A stretch of DNA of 64,000 nt from a virus (Duplodnaviria; Caudoviricetes): positions 96,001 to 160,000 of the IMG/VR virus record IMGVR_UViG_3300037722_000745, one strand, 5' to 3'. Positions within the stretch are counted from its first letter, which is position 1, and every line of letters starts with the position of its first letter. The translations under genes were made by a program, and so were the position numbers. Under the pieces are notes generated by a model, which ran no database searches, was not told the DNA's origin, and was given only the letters and a program-made list of their open reading frames with translations. Positions 19,601 to 25,862 of the stretch are shown here, piece after piece.

Positions 19601-22145
19601 CAGACAGATGGATGGGGAGTTCCATTCCAACCTTCAGGGATCCTGCATTGGTTAGGACACAAGACTGCCCATTCACCAAGATGTCTTCTACTACATAGGC
19701 CCCGAGCGCTTGGGCCAAAGCGCGTGCAGCTTTAGACGCCATCACATACGACACATCGGACACACCCGTGGTCTTACGGACTCCTCCGTGAGTTAGGTAT
19801 ACTTTGCACCCGTCTGGGATAAGTGGTTCATTCTCACCCGCAGTCCAAGACACTGACGCTGTAGTCCGGCGCCCGAGAGATCTGTTCCCGTAACCCCCAG
19901 GACGGTGAGCATTGATCGAAACCACTTTACGATTAGTGTAACTAGAACTCACCCAATGCGGGAACTCTCTACTCAGGCCGTACAGTTCTAAGAGCTTCAG
20001 TCCATTCTGCCCGTACTTGGCGAATATCCGATCCGATAGGGCCTGGTCACACTTCCTGGGTTCCGCCTCAAAGATACGTGACGGGATTTGGTATTGGAGA
20101 GAGTATTCCAGCTCTTTGTACAACATTTCGGACTCTTCCCCAACCTCCAACACCCACAAGCAATCCGCCTTCTCCGTTCCCGCTCGATGCGACTTAAAAA
20201 CACCTGACGCTTGCGTAGATCTACCCAACAAATACGGTACGGTTGACACTCCGACGCGATACCCCATGTCCTTCCGGTACATGAGGTACAAGGCAAGTTC
20301 GTTCTCTCCAATGTCACAGGGATCAAAGCGTGTCGCGTACAACCTATGATCTAAGGTCATGGTCAAGCTGTAGCCAGATTTCGTGTGAGCAGTCACACCC
20401 GCGGTCTTTGAGCTGCGCTTTTTAGCTAGGACCTTCTTGAAAGTGGCGGAACCATTGCAATAGCTCAGGATCTCTTCGCCCACCTCCAACTCAGAAATTG
20501 CTTTACTTTCGCCAAATTTGGTAAGCACTTCGGTGCCCTCGTGAACACACTCATCGACAAGGATGTGATCAAACATCCCCTGAAGAGTTTTTTTAACCGG
20601 TGGCTCTCTTTTAAGGATGGCCAAGAACAATCCCAGCATGTCATCGAAATCGCCCAGACGTCCCCCATTAGGTCGCATACGAGCCATGAACGACTCATAC
20701 GCCTTGGAGGAACTGCAGGCTGGCTTCCAGCCGGGAATGGATCCTTTGAGGCCCTCGTACATCGCGTACCAGTCGGCAGCGTCACGCTCGTCCTGATCCT
20801 TGGCTTGCGCTTTTGCTTCCTCCGGAGAAACATTGTTTCCCGCCCACTTGGACTTCGCCATGAGGACGTTCTTGAGCTTGGGCACCTTACGCTCCTGGGG
20901 GGTCTCCGCCGGATAGCAATCAGCCCAAATACGCTGGACGGCTCGGGCCACCGAACCACCGCCCTGAACAAAGCCTCCGCGATCCTTACCCAGCCCCATC
21001 GCAGAACGCTCTTGAGCTGTCCCATACTCGCCAATGAACTTCCGAAACAGCGAGTGCATCGTGCCTACAGACATTTGATTAAGCGTGTCCCCGCTCGTGG
21101 CGGTACCAATCTTCTGTTTCAGCTCCCCCGCCGCCTTCGTGTTGAAGCTCGTCACCAACACGCGGGAAGGGTTGACCCGCCGATCCTTGATCAGGTACTC
21201 GACCCGCGAGACCACCGTCGTAGACTTGCCGGAACCGGCACCCGCCGCTACAAGGACCCGACCATCAGTGAGCGCTGCCGCCCGTTGTTCGTCGTCTAGC
21301 TTCTGAAGGGGCGTGGGTACATTGTTCGGGTTGTCAGGGTCTGACATGGCCGCAGCCACCGCGGCAGCCGCCATCCCAGCAACCTCAGACTTGGTGGGTG
21401 ATTCATCCGCTTCGCCCGAAACCGCCATCGACCGTTGAGCAGCCTCAGTTGCCTTCTCTTGGACCGTCGCAATGGCCTCATCCTTGGCGGCACCCGCCTC
21501 TTGACGCTCCTCCGAGGAGACTGAAGCTCCCTGTTGCTGCACACGCGTTGCTAACAGAGACTCGGTCTCTACCTCATCGGCACTTACCGCAACAGCATTC
21601 TGGTACGTGCCAGAACCGGCAGTCTCCGCCGCCACATCGATCCACTTCCGGAGCCGTTGGTTTCGCAGAGGGATCACCGCGAACTTGTCTAGCGCCGCAT
21701 CCGCATCGTCCATCATGGACGCTTCAATGGCCGCCTTGACAGCTCTTAGGGCTTTGTTCTGTTTGAAAATCGCCCGCATCGTAGAGGCCCCGCCACGGGA
21801 CAGAACCGTACGGATGTTGAACGTCCTACGAGCCAAACCAGCGGTGTTCGGTAGGAACCGAAACGCTTTGTCGACCATCTTCTTCTGACCGCTGGTTGGG
21901 ACAGCCTCGCCAAGAAACATCTGCACCGCTGCAAGATGCTGGCGATCCGCCAAGCGCACTAGCTGGATCCCTCGACGCACAAGGTCGTCAGCATGATCCT
22001 CCCCAGTCTCATCTTCGATGTATCGGGAATACGTATCAAGAGCCAACAAAAAGACGATGTATTCAGCGATCTCCAACTCGCCTATATCATCCTCTTCTTC
22101 CTCAGCTCCGACGCGCTCCACTACTCTCTCAGACAGGGTCGTCAT
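16620..22145 (-). CDS. uvrD: UvrD/Rep/PcrA superfamily-1 helicase with two inteins and an N-terminal extension
   Basis: Motifs AGAGSGKST, FNTKAAGEL, TMHSLF, DE|CQD, GDDRQ|SIYGFRGA, TNYRC, ILTRTN, TAHGTKG and ERRLGYVALTRA. Start placed at ATG 22145 after an AGGAG RBS. 1841-aa precursor, 1088 aa after splicing. Confidence 0.95.
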   Translation of the reverse strand: MTTLSERVVERVGAEEEEDDIGELEIAEYIVFLLALDTYSRYIEDETGEDHADDLVRRGIQLVRLADRQHLAAVQMFLGEAVPTSGQKKMVDKAFRFLPNTAGLARRTFNIRTVLSRGGASTMRAIFKQNKALRAVKAAIEASMMDDADAALDKFAVIPLRNQRLRKWIDVAAETAGSGTYQNAVAVSADEVETESLLATRVQQQGASVSSEERQEAGAAKDEAIATVQEKATEAAQRSMAVSGEADESPTKSEVAGMAAAAVAAAMSDPDNPNNVPTPLQKLDDEQRAAALTDGRVLVAAGAGSGKSTTVVSRVEYLIKDRRVNPSRVLVTSFNTKAAGELKQKIGTATSGDTLNQMSVGTMHSLFRKFIGEYGTAQERSAMGLGKDRGGFVQGGGSVARAVQRIWADCYPAETPQERKVPKLKNVLMAKSKWAGNNVSPEEAKAQAKDQDERDAADWYAMYEGLKGSIPGWKPACSSSKAYESFMARMRPNGGRLGDFDDMLGLFLAILKREPPVKKTLQGMFDHILVDECVHEGTEVLTKFGESKAISELEVGEEILSYCNGSATFKKVLAKKRSSKTAGVTAHTKSGYSLTMTLDHRLYATRFDPCDIGENELALYLMYRKDMGYRVGVSTVPYLLGRSTQASGVFKSHRAGTEKADCLWVLEVGEESEMLYKELEYSLQYQIPSRIFEAEPRKCDQALSDRIFAKYGQNGLKLLELYGLSREFPHWVSSSYTNRKVVSINAHRPGGYGNRSLGRRTTASVSWTAGENEPLIPDGCKVYLTHGGVRKTTGVSDVSYVMASKAARALAQALGAYVVEDILVNGQSCVLTNAGSLKVGMELPIHLSGIDNNENVVNFMRGKEIRRLADKYRIQVPVRGCVHYSIYEAIRQAHLSATGQDLGARDDSKFGLDPIVALEPIEGVVFYDITVEDTGNFFGNGVLSHNCQDLNQVQNDIIELISEHVTDGSDGKSVWMVGDDRQCVSTSTLVATPEGEIPAGDLREGQFVLAYRNGCVVPQKVQYVVASSWTHGLFVTTESGRTLTMSPNHKIWATPPELEDDQHLVYLMYKEGVGFRVGVTNRGRSDANPYGSRMIHERADRLWVLNVESDLESALLKEAEYSLEFGVPTLVFNGVGRGINQDRVDAVFAKFGSKGAAILESKGMSFDLPVWMACGTTTRGSTQRRLINLTAHGAKGSQVRLEWSGDDLDARLDEMGVVFQKRGARRRLRKWFTNYRDSLDFAQRLQGSLGVPVRERLSTSEGPAPLITASSLMVGMQVAVLEGGCLDLELITGIESVPGTFVDLDIDDASNFFGGGILSHNSIYGFRGARPDIFIARSQAEGWKTRVIRTNYRCQPEIVDLANRLIAYNEDQIPLEANPAPSKTRGVGSVRVETAIDEADAALNVIEEIKASLAADGEVTDNAILTRTNKEQHAYETACIIRGVPYARKGTSSFLGSPETKAFLSYVQLVTGSNFAKMQAALGEVINKPNRFFVGPDAGVSAVSEAFANFSRQTNSDLKSVNPVQALGDSRFVETLAAKLARSRSGFKYNKTVEKLYEIHDELSRMQANLSDPSYTTYALFDDILGMTGTVAVTNPRTARAEYVEQTFRDSLKADLRDSLDEDDTTEEEEDETEGLGNISFLFELAKKDPTDEGDLLDDPNTPSGFKSKMERYAAKARELRIDISKWDKQQAALPPEQRKPPPGVYIGTAHGTKGAQWKNCYVSMPKGKFPFTPPQKPGAPPPDPEVVKEEMESERRLGYVALTRAAMNLTVVCPSSVGGKAAGISPFVDEAGLKVGENVPKPGAPTADTGSGGSKTATSNDYEGVVPDDWDIPAYDRRQS
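18183..19199 (-). mobile_element. Intein 2 in UvrD motif III (339 aa)
   Basis: Starts C1 (CVSTSTLVATPEG), block B (MSPNHKIW), ends ILSHN, followed by Ser+1 of SIYGFRGA. Confidence 0.93.
19308..20549 (-). mobile_element. Intein 1 in the UvrD Walker B motif (414 aa)
   Basis: Starts C1 (CVHEGTEVLTKFG), block B (MTLDHRLY), ends VLSHN, followed by Cys+1 of CQD. Confidence 0.93.
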
Positions 22146-22183
22146 GCATTCCGCTCCTACTTGACTCAACCGCTAAAGAAAAA

Positions 22184-22753
22184 TCAACATGCGACCGGGG
22201 GTTCACAATCAGGAGAGACTAGAGAGACGCCTGGGTTGCAATCAGACGGAATGGAAGACTGAGGCATCGTCTCCATGGGTATGTTAGGAAACACGCGGAT
22301 CTTCCGACCACGGAAATTCGGCGGGCACGCTAACTCAACCGGCAAAGAACGCCCGTCCGCAGCTACTACTTGTTGGGCCAAAGTGGTCCAAGACAATCTA
22401 GGGATCTCGATGCTCCCATCTTCCCACCCTTGGACCGTGGCAAAAGGTACGCCTAGTTGAGTTGCCAAATCCGCCTGGGTGATCTGCAGTGTGCTACGGA
22501 GAAACGTGAACGTATCTCCGTTGATGAGCCCCATGTGAACAAGCGTCGAAGCGGCCCTGAGGTTGGCTGCCTGTCGTACCGAATCCGTGAAATTCGGCCC
22601 CCACACATAAAGACGTCCAGGTACCGCCGCAACGAAGACGATGCCCGTAAGCCCCACCGGCATGTGGATATCAAAGAGTCCGATTTTACCTACCGCCTCA
22701 GGGTAGTCGGCCTCAAGTACTACGATCGGGAAATCTGCGAGATCGTCCGCCAT
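22184..22753 (-). CDS. XRE/Cro-C1 helix-turn-helix protein
   Basis: FLRSTLQITQADLATQLGVPFATVQGWEDG. Start placed at ATG 22753 (189 aa) to avoid overlap with the divergent plus-strand gene. Confidence 0.75.
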   Translation of the reverse strand: MADDLADFPIVVLEADYPEAVGKIGLFDIHMPVGLTGIVFVAAVPGRLYVWGPNFTDSVRQAANLRAASTLVHMGLINGDTFTFLRSTLQITQADLATQLGVPFATVQGWEDGSIEIPRLSWTTLAQQVVAADGRSLPVELACPPNFRGRKIRVFPNIPMETMPQSSIPSDCNPGVSLVSPDCEPPVAC

Positions 22754-22798
22754 ACTTACTACCCCGCACAAAGAAATCTGGTGTAGATACAACTTGCA

Positions 22799-23659
22799 AT
22801 GGACCTGAACGTCCGAATCGAAAAGGGCCTTCCGCCCCTGGTGGAGGGGGCGGTGTCCTTTGAGACAGGCGCGACCCGGGAACAGCTCGCCGATCCCAGC
22901 CAGATCGCTTACGAGCACCACGGGCCCGAATTCAGCCCTCTGGAAAGGGGAGCGTTACCCGCTTTCTTCGAGGATTTGCTACTCGGGCGTCCTATGCCAC
23001 TCGTGTTCGCTACACCACAAATCCAAGATGTGGACACCCTAGTAGCCATTTCCTTGTTCCTACACCGAGACCTTGCCACGCATCCCGCTATGCCAGGGTT
23101 CGTTTACCTCACCGACTTTGTCCACCGACTTGGACTACCAGCTTTAGCTCATATTGACGAGGATCTGGCCCGATTCTTTTCCGCATTGCGAACCTATTTG
23201 CCTGACGAAGGTCTGTCGCAAAGAGACCTGAGTAATCGAATCCAACACGCGGTCAGCTGGACCCGGAAATACATCCATGAGGGGAGCGTTTCCTTGCTTG
23301 GATCCGCCCAGGTAAGCAGTGTCCAAGTGTTGGATCAGGGGACCTCAGGGTTCGTGGTGGCTCAATGCCAGGGCCCTCTGCTCGACGGATGGGTGGAACT
23401 CTACCGCCTGGGATTCCTTCGGGGCATCCTCGTCAGCTCGGCACAACAGAATGACAGGCGCCATGTTCTCATCGCCCGCAAGAGCGTCTATGTGCTGTTC
23501 GACCTGAAAGCAGCCGGCCGAATCCTGAACCAAATGGAATCGGCTATGGGCGAACTTCCAGACTGGACCGTAGACCCCAACGGACTTTGGCTCAAGAGCC
23601 CCAGAGATGGGACTCTCATCCTCCTCCAAGACACCACCCAGATCCTGATTCGAATTTAA
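22799..23659 (+). CDS. DHH-phosphoesterase-like protein (divergent)
   Basis: 286 aa. YEHHG and QDVDTLVA resemble DHH-fold metal-binding motifs. First gene of the only plus-strand unit. Confidence 0.45.
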   Translation: MDLNVRIEKGLPPLVEGAVSFETGATREQLADPSQIAYEHHGPEFSPLERGALPAFFEDLLLGRPMPLVFATPQIQDVDTLVAISLFLHRDLATHPAMPGFVYLTDFVHRLGLPALAHIDEDLARFFSALRTYLPDEGLSQRDLSNRIQHAVSWTRKYIHEGSVSLLGSAQVSSVQVLDQGTSGFVVAQCQGPLLDGWVELYRLGFLRGILVSSAQQNDRRHVLIARKSVYVLFDLKAAGRILNQMESAMGELPDWTVDPNGLWLKSPRDGTLILLQDTTQILIRI

Positions 23660-23660
23660 T

Positions 23661-24008
23661 ATGACTCAGCTTCCCAAACTTGTTCGCGACCGCCTTCCAA
23701 TGAAACTGGCCTTCCTGGAGATCAGGCACAGCGCTCGCATCGAAACAGGCGACCGTCTATATGCCTCCCATCTACGAGCCAAACTCCGCGAGAAGGTCGA
23801 CGAGTTCCTCGAATCTGAGTCAGTTGAAGAGCTGGCTGACATCCTCGAAGTCCTCGATGCCCTAGCCCTGTACCATAGGATCGACCCACGGGAGATCCAA
23901 CGAGTCAAACAGCGGAAGTACGATCAATACGGAGGTTTCTCCGGCCGCGTAGTGCTTCTAGAAGTCGACAACAACACCCCTACCCCACCTCCTAAGGGAA
24001 GTACGTAG
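23661..24008 (+). CDS. MazG-like nucleoside triphosphate pyrophosphohydrolase (all-alpha)
   Basis: 115 aa. KLVRDRLP...KLREKVDEFLES..EELADILEVLDAL matches the MazG/HisE-like house-cleaning NTP pyrophosphatase pattern. Confidence 0.8.
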   Translation: MTQLPKLVRDRLPMKLAFLEIRHSARIETGDRLYASHLRAKLREKVDEFLESESVEELADILEVLDALALYHRIDPREIQRVKQRKYDQYGGFSGRVVLLEVDNNTPTPPPKGST

Positions 24009-24213
24009 GTCTCTTGGAGGTTTTCGAGAGCCTCAGTGGTGTGTTATCCTCGGGGGTCTCTCGCATTCTGCGGGTTCCTTGAAAATTCAATAGGTTAGAT
24101 GGATCCGGATCCCGATCGGCTTCTGGATCCAAGGGTCCCCAACTCATGATCCCACAGGGGGTCTCCCAAACCGCCTTGTGAATCCCTGAATTCACACGGT
24201 TTCTCAGACTCCC
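24009..24213 (+). promoter_or_regulatory. Probable CRISPR leader
   Basis: Non-coding; contains an AT-rich core (ttgaaaattcaataggtta) and two gggggtctc motifs; abuts the 5' end of repeats that end in ATTGAAAC. Confidence 0.55.
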
Positions 24214-25201
24214 CCTGAGGGAGGTACCCGCCTCCCTCGTAATTGAAACAGAGCGGCGTGGACCCATCCGGACTGCATTCTCACTCCCTGAGGGAGGTAC
24301 CCGCCTCCCTCGTAATTGAAACCACAGGACGTTGGGCGGAATCCCCGCCTCCCTCGTAATTGAAACCTCAGGTAAGCTACATGCGGAGAAGGCGCCCTGA
24401 GGGAGGTGAAAGCCTCCCTCGTAATTGAAACACGCCGTAATCCCCGAGTACGTGCAGCTTGGTTTCGCACCTGAGGGAGGTGAAAGCCTCACTCGTAATT
24501 TGAAACCAGCGGAACGACGGTCCAGAAGGCGCAAAAGGTGATCCCTGAGGGAGGTGAAAGCCTCCCTCGTAATTGAAACGAAACCGGACGCCCCGCCGGT
24601 TACGCCGCCTGCTCAAGCTCAGCAATCGCCTGTGGCGCGACGACCCTGAGGGAGGTGAAAGCCTCCCTCGTAATTGAAACGATGAGCTCGGAGCGCAGCC
24701 GGGCGGCATCGCGCGCGATCCTGAGGGAGGTGAAAGCCTCCCTCGTAATTGAAACGTGGATCAACTCTCTCAGGGTCATAGATCGGGTGTCTCCCTGAGG
24801 GAGGTGAAAGCCTCCCTCGTAATTGAAACGCCAACGCAGATACTCTGATGTCGAGATCGGTGATCTCCCTGAGGGAGGTGAAAGCCTCCCTCGTAATTGA
24901 AACGCTGGGCTGGTTACGGAGCCCGACCGTGACGAGCACTGCCTGAGGGAGGTGAAAGCCTCCCTCGTAATTGAAACGCGGCAGCGTAGCCGTACGCTCC
25001 CATGACCCCGTCACCCTGAGGGAGGTGAAAGCCTCCCTCGTAATTGAAACCTTGAATGGGCCCGCGACAACCATCCCTCGCTTGTCGTCCTGAGGGAGGT
25101 GAAAGCCTCCCTCGTAATTGAAACGCAATAGGGGTGGGGTCAGCGTATAGACGTGATCATGGTGTCCTGAGGGAGGTGAAAGCCTCCCTCGTAATTGAAA
25201 C
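24214..25201 (+). CRISPR. CRISPR array, 14 repeats / 13 spacers, class 1-type repeat, no cas gene in window
   Basis: 36-bp repeat CCTGAGGGAGGTGAAAGCCTCCCTCGTAATTGAAAC (8-bp stem GAGGGAGG/CCTCCCTC, 3' ATTGAAAC). Starts at 24214, 24287, 24344 (partial), 24396, 24470, 24544, 24645, 24720, 24794, 24868, 24942, 25015, 25089, 25166. Spacer lengths 37, 21, 29, 38, 37, 65, 39, 38, 38, 38, 37, 38, 41. Confidence 0.97.
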
Positions 25202-25745
25202 GCTCTCGAATCTCGGCCAACGCCCTAACGTGCTCCTCGTCCCCAGCTCGAACCATGTGGTGGGTGAGAGCCTGGTACCCAACACACCCTGCATCGCAAA
25301 CGGGACACCAGTGATCCGCCCCACGAGCGACGGCACGCTCACGAAGCTGCTCAGGCGTCACCCGTTTTTGCCCCTTCCGGCTAAGGCCAACCTTTGTGCC
25401 CGCCGCGGAATGGAACCTCTTGGACCGCGCATCAAAAGCCTCCTGGCCAAATTCCGCGACCCACAAGCTCCTCAAGGTATTGGGGCTCATGCCAAAACTA
25501 GCCGACACCTTCTTGAATGCCTGCTCGGTGTGGAATGCCGCAAGGATATCCGCACGAGAAGCTGTCGATCGCTTAGGGTCGTTGCGATCCCGGATCTCCG
25601 CAAAGCGCTCCTCGCCCAAACGATCTAACAACACCGGTTTGATCGTGTTGACGCTCCCCCCAAGACGCCTGGACAAGGCTTTCAACGACTCCCCACCCAA
25701 GAAGCCTTCAAGGGCCTGCCCATAGGTCCACTTCCGCTTAGACAT
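25140..25745 (-). pseudogene. Tandem-HTH plus C2H2-like Zn-finger gene truncated by the CRISPR array (probable homing endonuclease remnant)
   Basis: Two HTH-like repeats, then CPVC...HH...H. The frame enters repeat 14 (reading RFNYEGGFHLPQ) and stops inside spacer 13. Confidence 0.65.
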
Positions 25746-25862
25746 AGTGCAGTGCAGACAACCTACACCGCCGAAACGGATCTGATCCAGCTAGATCCAA
25801 CTAAAGAGGAGAGCTACCAAAAAGCAAGCGTTCCCTCTAAATAGCTGATAAAACTACTGTTT

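Noticed and set aside
24830-25088. Apparent self-targeting: spacer 9 (EITDLDI) and spacer 12 (LEWARD) resemble peptides of the 30743-31939 protein (EITDVSI, LEWVRED)
   Set aside because: DNA identity is only 14/18 over a short stretch for spacer 9 and poor for spacer 12. No full protospacer was seen in the window by eye; a proper alignment was not possible.
23992-25128. ORFs of 88-180 aa across the CRISPR region (repeating RFNYEGGFHLPQ, VSITREAFTSLR, FQLRGR)
   Set aside because: They are translations of the 36-bp repeat, which is stop-free on the minus strand; not genes.
22184-25745. Possible cas, TnpB or Cas12-like gene flanking the array
   Set aside because: The flanking ORFs show XRE-HTH, DHH-like, MazG-like and HTH/Zn-finger patterns only; no RuvC, HD, RAMP or Cas1/2 motifs were seen.
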